The notes: generated by a model from the sequence alone, not told the origin. DNA of 64,000 nt from a bacterium (GCA_021372615.1 JAJFUB010000018.1:8193-72192), one strand, 5' to 3'; counted from the stretch's first letter, positions 51,473 through 60,177 are shown. Translations and numbers: made by a program.

Positions 51473-52861
51473 TTAGCTTACGTTCACGCCCTGTAGGCGG
51501 CCGATCAGCCGCCGCTTCAGTTTCCACTTCAGCTCCGCCAGCGGGCTCTTGCGCGCGGCGCAGGGCAGCTCGCCGAAGCCATGCTGCTCGTCCCAGTACA
51601 GCGGGCACGCGCCGCAGCAGATACGGCTCATGTCGCAGTCCTCGCAGGCGGGTGGCAGGTACTCCTTGTTGCGCCAGTACTTCGCGGCGCGGCGGTTCCA
51701 GATCGTCGCGAAGGGCTCATGCACCAGGTTGCCCAGCCCGTGCTCGAACGAGGAGCAGGGCAGCACCTGCCCATCCGGCGCCACCGATAGCAAGCCGCTG
51801 GCCGCCGCGCAACTGTTGCTCCCCAGGCCGATGCTGAGGGGGTTGAACAGGCAGTACGGCAGCGGCGAATACCAGACCATCTTCAGGCTCAGGGCCTGCG
51901 CGCGCTCGTGAACGCGCGTGACGATGTCACCGATCTGTGTGTAGCCGACCTCGTTGCCATCGCCCGCCGCGCCGCCGGTGCGGATGACCATGTTCATCGA
52001 GAAGTAGCCGTTGCCCAACCCGCAGGCGAGGTCGGGCAAGTTGACTACATCCTCCACGTTCTGCGGGCAGATGGTCGTGTTCGTGTGCGTGTGGATGCCC
52101 CGCGCCTTGAGGTTGCGGATGCCCTGCAGATTTCTGTCGAACGAGTCGGGCGTACCGGTGACAGCGTCGTGCACCTCTGCCGTCGAGCCCTCGATGCTGA
52201 CCTGGGCCGAGTCGAGGCCGGCTGCGGCGAGGGCGTCGGCCAGCGTCTCATCGCTGCAGCGCACGCCGTTGGTGATGAGGTTGGCCCTCATGCCGAGGCT
52301 CTTGGCGTAGGCGATGAAGTCGGGCAGCTCGCGCCGCAGTGTCGGCTCGCCGCCGGTGAAGGAGACGGTCGGCACATGGGCCTCGTGGCGGATGCGGTCC
52401 AGGACCCGCCGCACCTCATCGGCCGTCATCTCCGGCACTTGCCGCCCGCGCTGGGGCGCATCGGCATAGCAGAACGGGCACTTGTGCTGACAGCGATAGG
52501 TCAGCGCGATCTCCGAGAGCACCGGGTACTTGATCTCGTGGCTGCCAAAAGGCGTGAACTTCACGGCCTCGGCGCGCGACCAGTCCTCCTGCAGCAGGCC
52601 CGAGAGGGTGCTCAGCAACTTGCGCAGGTCCTCGGCTACGCGCTCGGGCGCGGTGTCATACTCGGCCGCGACGTCGGCGACGAGGCGAGCCGTGTCCACT
52701 TCCTCCTGCGCATACAGGCGGCCGAGCAGCTCGCAGGCCGTCTCGTTCAGATGGTGCGTCTTGTTCGGACGCATGATGACCAGCCGGTCCTGCGGCCGGA
52801 TGAAGATGTAGTCGCGGGTGGAAGCGACGAACTGTTGGGCGAAGCGTTGTAGGTCGGTCAT
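51473..52861 (-). CDS. radical SAM/SPASM-domain enzyme with an N-terminal PqqD-like RRE-type domain (peptide/protein-modifying maturase)
   Basis: CQHKCPFCYA is the CxxxCxxC rSAM motif at about residue 95. Cys-rich C-terminal SPASM region (CAAASGLL...CSSFEHG...CEDCDMSRICCGACP). The about 85-aa N-terminal leader-binding-like domain is inferred from its PqqD-like pattern and position. ATG at 52859-52861 (MTDLQRF). Confidence 0.85.
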   Translation of the reverse strand: MTDLQRFAQQFVASTRDYIFIRPQDRLVIMRPNKTHHLNETACELLGRLYAQEEVDTARLVADVAAEYDTAPERVAEDLRKLLSTLSGLLQEDWSRAEAVKFTPFGSHEIKYPVLSEIALTYRCQHKCPFCYADAPQRGRQVPEMTADEVRRVLDRIRHEAHVPTVSFTGGEPTLRRELPDFIAYAKSLGMRANLITNGVRCSDETLADALAAAGLDSAQVSIEGSTAEVHDAVTGTPDSFDRNLQGIRNLKARGIHTHTNTTICPQNVEDVVNLPDLACGLGNGYFSMNMVIRTGGAAGDGNEVGYTQIGDIVTRVHERAQALSLKMVWYSPLPYCLFNPLSIGLGSNSCAAASGLLSVAPDGQVLPCSSFEHGLGNLVHEPFATIWNRRAAKYWRNKEYLPPACEDCDMSRICCGACPLYWDEQHGFGELPCAARKSPLAELKWKLKRRLIGRLQGVNVS

Positions 52862-52973
52862 GTTCTGAATGCGGAACGATGAATGATGGGGGCGGAGGCC
52901 GTTGGAGCGCGGCTCTCCAGAGCCGCACCTGGGCCGCAAACGGCTGCGGCTCTGGAGAGCCGCGCTCCGACGA

Positions 52974-53543
52974 CTAGGCCTGTGCCATCTCCACGCACTT
53001 CCCCCCCAACTCGCGTGCCGCCGCCAGGACCTCCGGCTTGCTCGCCACGAGGCCCTTCTTCTGCGCCACCACTGACACGTGGCCGGCCCACGGCGCCTCG
53101 AAATGCGCCGCCCATACCTGGATCGGGTCGGTCACCCACTTGTGGTGGTGCGGGTCCGGCGCGCCATGCGCGACGAGGGCCGCAAAGATCTTGCCCTTCA
53201 TGCCGTCCACCAGCAGCGGGTTGACGTAGTAGCACGACCAGCGGTCCACGAAGGCCTTCAGTTGCGCCGGCAGGCCCTGCCAGTACACGGGCGCGCCGAA
53301 GACGAGGATGTCGGCGGCCAGCACGCGCTCCAGTGTGGGCATGAAGTCGTCATCGGCGTGCACGTCCACGCGTTCGGAGAGCACATCGCCCACCGGACCG
53401 ATGGGGTGAATGTTCAGATCATCCACGAAGATCTTCTCCCCGTCGCCGCCGGCCTCGCGGACGCCCTCGAGGAAGGCGTCGGCGAGTAACTCGGTATTGC
53501 CGCCCTTGCGGGGTGAGCCGATGAGGATGATGGCGGTGGGCAT
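52974..53543 (-). CDS. flavodoxin-like fold NAD(P)H-dependent FMN reductase
   Basis: MPTAIILIGSPRKGGNTELLADAF is the flavodoxin-like P-loop for FMN. 34-bp gap to the rSAM gene. Confidence 0.75.
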   Translation of the reverse strand: MPTAIILIGSPRKGGNTELLADAFLEGVREAGGDGEKIFVDDLNIHPIGPVGDVLSERVDVHADDDFMPTLERVLAADILVFGAPVYWQGLPAQLKAFVDRWSCYYVNPLLVDGMKGKIFAALVAHGAPDPHHHKWVTDPIQVWAAHFEAPWAGHVSVVAQKKGLVASKPEVLAAARELGGKCVEMAQA

Positions 53544-53574
53544 GGTTGGGTCTCCTTGCGTCGCGGTGCCGTAG

Positions 53575-53655
53575 GAGCGCCAGCATCCTGCTGGCAGCCG
53601 TTGCCGTCCGCGCTTGCCGACGGCCTGTGCCGGCTGGCAGCCGGCGCTCCTACGG
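53575..53655. repeat. family-2 element variant (GCCGGCTGGCAGCCGGCGCTCCTACGGC) between the flavodoxin-like gene and the DUF2207 gene
   Basis: Perfect 8-bp stem GCCGGCTG/CAGCCGGC. Related to 1618-1650 and 34875-34905. Confidence 0.7.
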
Positions 53656-53656
53656 C

Positions 53657-55387
53657 TCAGAAGCTACTCACACAAGCACTGTGGCACGCGCTATGGCACG
53701 CCGAATGGCATACACAGGCGCTATGGCACGCGCTGTGGCAGGCATCGTGGACACAGGCGCTGTGGCAGGCGTCGTGGACGCAGGCGCTGTGACAGGCCGA
53801 GTGGCAGGCGCTGTGGCAGGCGTCGTAGCCGACGGCGGAGGCCACGCGGTCAGCCAGGCTCTGGGCGCTGTCGGCGACGGCTGCCGCCGTGCTCTCGACC
53901 TTCTGGGCCGCGCCGCGCGCGAAGTCCTCGACGCCGCTAGCGATGCTGTCGGCACCACGGGTGAGGGCGTTGTCGCCGCCAGTGTACACCGTGTCCAGGT
54001 TGTTGTCGCGCCAGCGCTGGTCGTAGTCGTCGTGCAGGATCAGCCACGGCAGGTTCTGGTTCCAGCCGTCCTGCGACCGCGTCCAGGTGTCGCGGCGTCG
54101 CGCTTCGTCCCAGCGCCGCTCGATCTCGTCCTGGTAGTGCTGCCGCGTGGCCGCCTTGTCGGCGTTCCAGACCTTGATCTCCAGTGACTTCGCTACGGCG
54201 TCGAGCACATAGGGCACCCGCGCCTTGTCCAGCGTGCCGTCCTCGGCCACAGAGGCCAGCAGAGCCTTCTCGTAGTCGGCCAGGTCCGGCGCCTGCGGCT
54301 GAAGGATCTCCAGTTGCATGGGCCGCCGGTTGACGATGTTGACGATCCCGCGCGCCGCCAGCGACATCACGAGCAGCGTGAGGACCTTCGCCGAGTCGCC
54401 CAGGTACATCGCCGCCTCAATGGCGTTGAGGTCCGGCACGACGCCGGGGGTCTCGTACGTCTCGATCTCGATCTCCGGCGCCTCGTAGAGCTTCTTGGTC
54501 GGCGGGGGCTTGTGCCCCAGCACCCACAGGCGCGAGACGCCGACGGTCAGGAAGGTGAGCAGGCCGAGGGCCAGCAGTATCTCCAGGGGGCTCAGGCCCG
54601 GGCCGCGGCGGCCCTTCTCGGCCTGCTCGCCCTGCGGGTGCCGCCGCATGTCCTCGATCTGCCCCTGCGTCGGCACGGAGAGGCCTGCGGCGGGGACGTA
54701 GAACTTGACGACAGCGTCGGCGCGCAGCGAGGTGTTCCGCTGCTTGAGTTGCACCGACAGGTATGCCTTGCCGGTGTTGTCGGGCGTGGGGTAGAAGTCC
54801 ACGTCGTCGAAGCCGCCAAACGCCTGCTTCTCGGTCAGCAGCCCTGCCGCCTCGACGACCTGCTGGGTCACTTGCTCGGGCTTGTCTATCCCGGCGGGCA
54901 GCTCGAAGGGGGTGATGAGGTCAATCTGCTGCAGCGTGATGGGCAGGTCCCACTGCGGAGGCGACCAGGCGACGGCCAGGTAGTCCTTGCCGTTGACGGT
55001 GGTGTGGTCCACGATGGGTGTGACAGCGAGGTACTTGATGGTGACGGTGTAGACGGTGCCGCGCTCGGTGGTGAGGCCCAGGTCCGCGCGGTACTTGCCG
55101 TCACCCAGGGGCTCCAGCGTGACCTTGGAGGTGCCGCTGTCGGACGCGATGGTGCTGCTGACGATCTTGTGGGAGGGGCGGAAGGGCCCGAGGGTCTTGA
55201 TCTGCGAGCGCCCGCCCTCGAGGTCCTTGAACACCAAGTCATACGCCACGGTGCAGGCGCCGTCGGAGTGGATGACCACGCGGCTGTGGGTCTTCTGCAG
55301 CTCGACCGGGGCGGCGTGCACGAGGCCGCTCGCCACCGTGAGGAGGATGAGGGTGAGCAGGCAGAGCCTCAGGTGTGACATGCGCAT
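53657..55387 (-). CDS. DUF2207-like membrane protein (signal peptide, extracellular domain, TM helices) with a C-terminal Cys/His-rich (A-C-H-S)n tandem-repeat tail
   Basis: Signal peptide MRMSHLRLCLLTLILLTVASGLVHA. Central hydrophobic helices (LEILLALGLLTFLTVGVS, VLTLLVMSLAARGIV). The last about 50 residues, DACHSACHSACHSACVHDACHSACVHDACHSACHSACVCHSACHSACHSACVSSF, are encoded by a 12-nt tandem repeat at 53676-53826. Confidence 0.6.
   Translation of the reverse strand: MRMSHLRLCLLTLILLTVASGLVHAAPVELQKTHSRVVIHSDGACTVAYDLVFKDLEGGRSQIKTLGPFRPSHKIVSSTIASDSGTSKVTLEPLGDGKYRADLGLTTERGTVYTVTIKYLAVTPIVDHTTVNGKDYLAVAWSPPQWDLPITLQQIDLITPFELPAGIDKPEQVTQQVVEAAGLLTEKQAFGGFDDVDFYPTPDNTGKAYLSVQLKQRNTSLRADAVVKFYVPAAGLSVPTQGQIEDMRRHPQGEQAEKGRRGPGLSPLEILLALGLLTFLTVGVSRLWVLGHKPPPTKKLYEAPEIEIETYETPGVVPDLNAIEAAMYLGDSAKVLTLLVMSLAARGIVNIVNRRPMQLEILQPQAPDLADYEKALLASVAEDGTLDKARVPYVLDAVAKSLEIKVWNADKAATRQHYQDEIERRWDEARRRDTWTRSQDGWNQNLPWLILHDDYDQRWRDNNLDTVYTGGDNALTRGADSIASGVEDFARGAAQKVESTAAAVADSAQSLADRVASAVGYDACHSACHSACHSACVHDACHSACVHDACHSACHSACVCHSACHSACHSACVSSF
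53676..53826. repeat. 12-nt tandem repeat (about 12.5 units; consensus plus-strand GCGCTGTGGCAG / GCACTGTGGCAC), coding for the (A-C-H-S)n tail of the DUF2207 protein on the minus strand
   Basis: Seen directly. The unit length is a multiple of 3, so the reading frame is preserved. Variant units encode ACVHD. Confidence 0.85.
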
Positions 55388-55610
55388 GGTTGTGCCTCGC
55401 GGTTGATTGCCGGTGGCCGAGTGCCTGACGGAGGGAGGAACGCGAAGGGCTGCGGGGTGATGGGGCCGCCGCCGCGTACGTAGTGCGGGCTTCCAGCCCG
55501 CCGCAGGTCAGGCCCGAGGACTCAGGGCGGGCTGGAAGCCCGCACTACAACCTCCCCGCTGACCGCGTTCCCGCCTCACCGTTCCCGCCTCACCGTTCCC
55601 GCCGTCGCCG

Positions 55611-56654
55611 CTACACTGCCTTGCCGCACTCCGGGCAGAACTTCGCGCCCGCCGGCATGGGCTTGCCGCAGCCGGCGCAGAAGGCCTGGCCGACGGGCTT
55701 GCCACACTGCGGGCAGAACTTGGCCCCCGCTGGGACCGGATGGCCGTCGGGGCATGTTCCCCCGCCGGCAGCGGGCGCGGTGGGGGCCGCTGCCGGAGCC
55801 GGGGCGAAGGCGTCCTTCATGGCCCCGGCCATGGCGGCGCCCATGCCCACGCCTGCGCCCATGCCCACGCCGACGGAGGCCGCATCGCCTGCGCCGCCCC
55901 CGGCCTGCGGCATGTCGCCGATGGCCTGGGCGGTGCGGAACTGCAGGAACTTGCGCAGATCGCCCGCCGCCTCCATCCCGGCGCGCTGGTCAATCATCGC
56001 CATGACTTCCTCGGGCGGGGTGATCGCCTCGACGAGGAAGTCCACCAGCTCCAGACCGTAGTTCTCGAAGTCCTCGCCCACGCGGGTCTTCACCCCGGCG
56101 GCGATCTCATCGTACTGGGTGGGCAGGTCGAGGATCGTCTTGAGCTGGCTGCCCAGGATGTCATTGAAGCGCGAGACGATGAAATCGCGCAGCCAGGAGG
56201 TGATGCTGTCGGTGTCGTAGCGGTTCTCGGTGCCCACGACCTCGTTGACGAAGAGCTGCGGGTCCTGCACACGGCAGGTGTACGCCCCCAGGGCGCGCAG
56301 GCGCACCATGGCCAGCTCACTGTCGCGGAAGATGATCGGCTGGGCCGTGCCCCACTTCAGCCCCGTCAGCGTGCGCATGTTGACGAAGTAGACCTCGGCC
56401 TGGAAGGGCGTCTGGCCGCCGAAGGGGATCTTGATGAGCTGCTCGAGGAGGGGGATGTTGCCGGTGGCCAGCGTGTGCCGTCCGACCCCAAGCACATCGA
56501 GGGCCTTGCCGTCGCGGAAGAACACGGCAGTCTGGCTCTCGCGCACGGTGAGCTGCGCGCCCAGACGGATCGTGCCCGGCCCGTACGGTGGCCAGCGATG
56601 CACGATCTCCTGGCCGCTGACGTCCTGCCATTCTATGACATCGAGAAGGTCCAT
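55611..56654 (-). CDS. SPFH (band-7/flotillin-like) domain protein with C-terminal tandem zinc-ribbons (YdjI-like)
   Basis: Start at MDLLDVIEWQ with a GGAGG RBS. SPFH core. The C-terminus CPDGHPVPAGAKFCPQCGKPVGQAFCAGCGKPMPAGAKFCPECG has two zinc ribbons. Confidence 0.75.
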   Translation of the reverse strand: MDLLDVIEWQDVSGQEIVHRWPPYGPGTIRLGAQLTVRESQTAVFFRDGKALDVLGVGRHTLATGNIPLLEQLIKIPFGGQTPFQAEVYFVNMRTLTGLKWGTAQPIIFRDSELAMVRLRALGAYTCRVQDPQLFVNEVVGTENRYDTDSITSWLRDFIVSRFNDILGSQLKTILDLPTQYDEIAAGVKTRVGEDFENYGLELVDFLVEAITPPEEVMAMIDQRAGMEAAGDLRKFLQFRTAQAIGDMPQAGGGAGDAASVGVGMGAGVGMGAAMAGAMKDAFAPAPAAAPTAPAAGGGTCPDGHPVPAGAKFCPQCGKPVGQAFCAGCGKPMPAGAKFCPECGKAV

Positions 56655-56739
56655 CGTGTGCCTCCTGGGAGCGCCGGCTGGCAGCCGGCGAGGTCGTCCT
56701 CCGTAATGGTCGCGGCGCGTCACCGCCCACACAGTGCGG

Positions 56740-57204
56740 CTAGTCGTATACCCGGAGTACCCGCAGGTCCATCTCCTCGCCGCCCAGGCGCTGTACCACG
56801 CCGTGCACATCCATGAACAGCAGCACGTGGCCCTCGCGCTCATAGTGGCGGTACTGGCCGACCCAGAAGTCGGCGTGGCCGTCGCGGCCGGAGCGCTCGC
56901 CCCGGGCCTCGCCATGATGGCGCAGGCGGTAGATCATGTGCTCGACCGTCAGCTCGGCCTCATCGGGCAGTGTCTCGACTTCGGTCGCGGTGATGCTGTA
57001 GAGGCGGTCACCGATGAGGGCGAGGGTGGAGACGGCGGGCGGGCTGGTAGCCGGCCCCGCCAACGGTTCCGCCCCCTGCTCCGCCGCCAGTCCGAAGACG
57101 AGCCAGGTCAGGGCCGTGGCGCGGCAGTGCATGACGCTGTCCAGGGCGTAGACCCCCTCGGGCAGCTCGATGGCATCGCCTGGGCGCGCGGCTGTGAGGT
57201 CCAT
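56740..57204 (-). CDS. hypothetical protein
   Basis: 154 aa. Start overlaps the upstream stop (operon with the SPFH gene). Confidence 0.35.
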   Translation of the reverse strand: MDLTAARPGDAIELPEGVYALDSVMHCRATALTWLVFGLAAEQGAEPLAGPATSPPAVSTLALIGDRLYSITATEVETLPDEAELTVEHMIYRLRHHGEARGERSGRDGHADFWVGQYRHYEREGHVLLFMDVHGVVQRLGGEEMDLRVLRVYD

Positions 57205-57205
57205 G

Positions 57206-57724
57206 TCAGGGCGCCAGTTCCGCCGCGACTTCGCTGCGCTGGTCGAGCATGCTGCTGAACTCCTCGATCTCATCGCCGAGCTGGCGCAGCATCTGGTCGA
57301 AGTTCTGCTGGGTCCCGCCGGTCACGGCGTCGGCGGCGGCCTCAATCTGCGCCAGAGTCTCCTTGAGGGACAGGTCGTAGTCATACATGCGGCCCAGCTC
57401 GGCTTCGTTCACCTGCGCGGCGTCCAGGAAGCCGGCATAGCCGTAGGGCGCATGGTCGAGGCGGTCGCGGGCGCGCGTGAGGCGCCGGCCGATGCGGTCC
57501 AGATCCGTCACCGGCTTGAACTCCCCGCGCGATTGCAGCTCGCGCTGGAAGCCGATCAGCTTCTGCCGAATGCCGTCCACCAGCCCGACCAGGTGGTCGC
57601 GCAACAGGCGGTCGGCGGTGCGGCGCTCCTCGCGCTCGCGGTACCCCTTGTAGCCGGGGATGCGGTCCAGCAGCTTCTTCAGGGCGTTTGCATCGTGGGG
57701 AATGCGGTCGAGCAGGTCTGCCAT
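57206..57724 (-). CDS. hypothetical helical protein
   Basis: 173 aa, charged and helical (ADLLDRIPHDANALKKLLDRIPGYKGYREREERR). Confidence 0.35.
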   Translation of the reverse strand: MADLLDRIPHDANALKKLLDRIPGYKGYREREERRTADRLLRDHLVGLVDGIRQKLIGFQRELQSRGEFKPVTDLDRIGRRLTRARDRLDHAPYGYAGFLDAAQVNEAELGRMYDYDLSLKETLAQIEAAADAVTGGTQQNFDQMLRQLGDEIEEFSSMLDQRSEVAAELAP

Positions 57725-57788
57725 GGACGCGGCCTCCTCACGTCGTGCTGGGAGGCTGTTCGCCGGGGCGGGCGGGAGGACCTGCCTG

Positions 57789-58601
57789 TCAGGGCGACGC
57801 ACCGTCGTCGCCAGGGCGATGCACCCAACGGCAGTGCCCGTCCACGTAGCCGACGTTGTAGCCCTCGCTGTGCGGCGGCGGAGCAGAGCCGTCCAGGAAG
57901 CCCTTGTCGAACAACTGAAGGACCTCGGAGGGGGTCTTCACGCTCCTGGCCTCAAGGCCATAGAGCTGCTCGCCGAACCCGTAGCTGTCGGGAGCCTGGC
58001 TGGTCGGGCACAGGAAGATCTCGCGGTTCCTGACATAGGGGTAGATGCGTTGCCGCCAGTCATCTGGTGCGAAGGGCGCGGGCGTGGCCCCCGCTGCGGG
58101 ACGCGGCGGGAGGCAGCCGTCGTTGTCCGCGCAGTACTGAAGCATGGCGAGGGACAACTGCTTGACGTTGCTCAGGCAAGACGACTGACGCGCCTTCTCC
58201 CGTGCCTTGGCGAAGACCGGAAAGAGGATGGCGGCGAGTATGGGGATGAACACCAGCGCCAGGAAGCACACCGCCCCGACAATGATGAGCGCCTGCATGC
58301 TGTCCCGCTGCCGCGGGCGCGACGCGGCATACTGCACCGGCGGGGGCGGCGCGACCGGGGGCAGGCTGGCGGCCTTCAGGACCGCCGCCAGAGGCTGCCA
58401 TTCGCCCTGACCGATCTTCACCTGATCCCCCGGCGCGAGCCGCCGCTGGACTCGGGCCTCCTCGAGGTCCTGCCGCGTGTACGGGCCGTATACCTGACCC
58501 GCCCGCGCGAGCCAGAACGACACCTCGGCCTGGCAGGCAGGGCAGGTGGCGGATGTTGGCGGCAGCTCGGTGCCGCACTGCGGACAGGTGGCCATCGTCA
58601 T
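57789..58601 (-). CDS. fusion protein: N-terminal zinc ribbon, GYF-like/DUF4339-like segment, then a prepilin-like TM helix with a DUF1559 (H-X9-DG) C-terminal domain
   Basis: MTMATCPQCGTELPPTSATCPACQ zinc ribbon. GQVYGPYTRQDLEEA. LIIVGAVCFLALVFIPILAAILFPVFAKAREKARQSSCLSNVKQLSLAMLQY pilin-like segment. C-terminal HSEGYNVGYVDGH. AAGGGGG RBS. Confidence 0.6.
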   Translation of the reverse strand: MTMATCPQCGTELPPTSATCPACQAEVSFWLARAGQVYGPYTRQDLEEARVQRRLAPGDQVKIGQGEWQPLAAVLKAASLPPVAPPPPVQYAASRPRQRDSMQALIIVGAVCFLALVFIPILAAILFPVFAKAREKARQSSCLSNVKQLSLAMLQYCADNDGCLPPRPAAGATPAPFAPDDWRQRIYPYVRNREIFLCPTSQAPDSYGFGEQLYGLEARSVKTPSEVLQLFDKGFLDGSAPPPHSEGYNVGYVDGHCRWVHRPGDDGASP

Positions 58602-58618
58602 GTCCCCCTTGGTGATGG

Positions 58619-59521
58619 TCAGTCGGCTGGCAGTCTGAGCAGGCGGGCTGCGTTGTCCCACGCGATCATGCGCACAGTGTCCTCGTCGGCCCCCGCCGCG
58701 CGCAGCAGGTCGGCCATCGCGGCGACGCTGGGCGGGTAGGGGTTGTCCGCGGCGCTGGTGGCCGGGAAGAGCACGCCGTAGGGCGGGAAGGGCGGGCCGA
58801 CGCGCGTGACCCAGTCCGTCCCTGCGATGATCCGGTCGTGCGGGATGCGGTCCAGGGCGCTCTTCACGCCGGGCGAGCTGAAGTCGCGGATCTCCGCCCA
58901 CATGTTGTCCGGGAAGCGCCCGTAGCGGCGGTCGAGGTCATCCAGGTAGCCATCCACGACCGGCGGGAGCTTGTCGGTGCCCACGAAGTGGGCCAGGATG
59001 TACCGCGCCTCCGGGACCTTGTCAACCAGGTCGCACAGGTCAGCGAGTTCCTCGTTCCCCGAGGTGAAGAGCCCCTGCGCGCTGTTGGAGGTGGAGATGT
59101 GCACCTGCACCGGCACGCCAAACTCCACGGCCCGCCGCACGAGCGTCTCGACCGCCGGGCTGTCCATGCGGAAGTCCATCATGTACTGGAGCATCTCGCC
59201 AAGCAGCGGGAAGGCGAACTCGCCGCAGCACAGGTCCATGGCCTGCAGCGCGAAGTCCAGGTGATGCGGGTTGACGCAGCACGCGCCGTAGAGGCGGCCG
59301 GGAGCGCGGCTGACCAGACTCTGGATGAAGCGCGCGGTATGGAGCTGCCCGTCGGGCTCGTTGATGATGCGGGAGAGATCGGCACTGTCGGGGCTGATGA
59401 CAAGCCGCAGGTCGGCCTCGTCGGCGTCGAGGACAGCCAGCAGGTCCTCCAGCAGGTGCTCGCGCCGGCTGTCGTCGGGACCGAAGCTGCTGACGTGGAC
59501 ATGGGTGTCAAGCCAGGTCAT
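58619..59521 (-). CDS. amidohydrolase-family (TIM-barrel metal-dependent hydrolase) protein
   Basis: MTWLDTHVHV N-terminal HxH metal motif. Later HISTS... and D residues typical of Amidohydro_2. Confidence 0.7.
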   Translation of the reverse strand: MTWLDTHVHVSSFGPDDSRREHLLEDLLAVLDADEADLRLVISPDSADLSRIINEPDGQLHTARFIQSLVSRAPGRLYGACCVNPHHLDFALQAMDLCCGEFAFPLLGEMLQYMMDFRMDSPAVETLVRRAVEFGVPVQVHISTSNSAQGLFTSGNEELADLCDLVDKVPEARYILAHFVGTDKLPPVVDGYLDDLDRRYGRFPDNMWAEIRDFSSPGVKSALDRIPHDRIIAGTDWVTRVGPPFPPYGVLFPATSAADNPYPPSVAAMADLLRAAGADEDTVRMIAWDNAARLLRLPAD

Positions 59522-59634
59522 GCCTCTCGTTTCGGCCTCCGGGCCTCGGGGACCTTGCGGCCGAGAAGACAAGTCGCCCCATGGCGGGCGCCATGGGGCG
59601 ATCTGGGAGGTCAGGTGCGGCAGTCAGGAGGCGG

Positions 59635-60177
59635 CTACGCGCCGAAGTAGCGCTTCAGCAGGCCGTAGAACCCGGCCGCATGGCGCGCCTCGTCCTTGCA
59701 GGCCTCGTGGACGCAGTCGTGGATGGCGTCCTGGTTCTCGGCCTTGCTGCGGGTCGCGATGTCCTTCTTGCCAGCGTTGGCGCCCGACTCGCCGGCCACG
59801 AGCTTCTCCAGGTTCTCCTTAGTGCTCTCGGACACGCCGCCGAGCAGTTCGCAGAACTGGGCGGCATGGTGCGCCTCTTCCCACGCCACGCGCTTCATGG
59901 CGTCGGCGATCTCCGGATAGCCCTCACGCTCGGCCTGCCGGGCCATGGCGATGTACATCCCCACTTCGGCGCACTCGCCCTGGAACTGCATCGTGAGGTC
60001 CTGCTCAAAGCCCGTGCCCTTGGCCACGCCGAGCTTGTTCCAGTCCACGAGCTGCAGCAACTCAGCCGCCGCGGCCAGTTGCTCGAACTTGGTGCTCGGG
60101 GCCTTGCAGTTCGGGCACTCCTTCGGCGCCTCCGACCCTTCGTGAACATACCCGCAAACAGTGCAGCGCCACTTCAT
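59635..60177 (-). CDS. reverse rubrerythrin (N-terminal rubredoxin-like, C-terminal ferritin-like di-iron domain)
   Basis: N-terminal CTVCGY...CPNC rubredoxin-like site. Di-iron E...ExxH motifs (ECAEVGMY, EEAHHA, EACKDEARHA). Confidence 0.85.
   Translation of the reverse strand: MKWRCTVCGYVHEGSEAPKECPNCKAPSTKFEQLAAAAELLQLVDWNKLGVAKGTGFEQDLTMQFQGECAEVGMYIAMARQAEREGYPEIADAMKRVAWEEAHHAAQFCELLGGVSESTKENLEKLVAGESGANAGKKDIATRSKAENQDAIHDCVHEACKDEARHAAGFYGLLKRYFGA

Noticed and set aside
53556-53792. Plus-strand ORF encoding ALWHALWHAEWH... repeats
   Set aside because: It is the antisense reading of the 12-nt tandem repeat. The minus-strand frame is contiguous with a 520-aa DUF2207-like protein that has a signal peptide and TM helices, so the plus-strand ORF is taken as an artefact.
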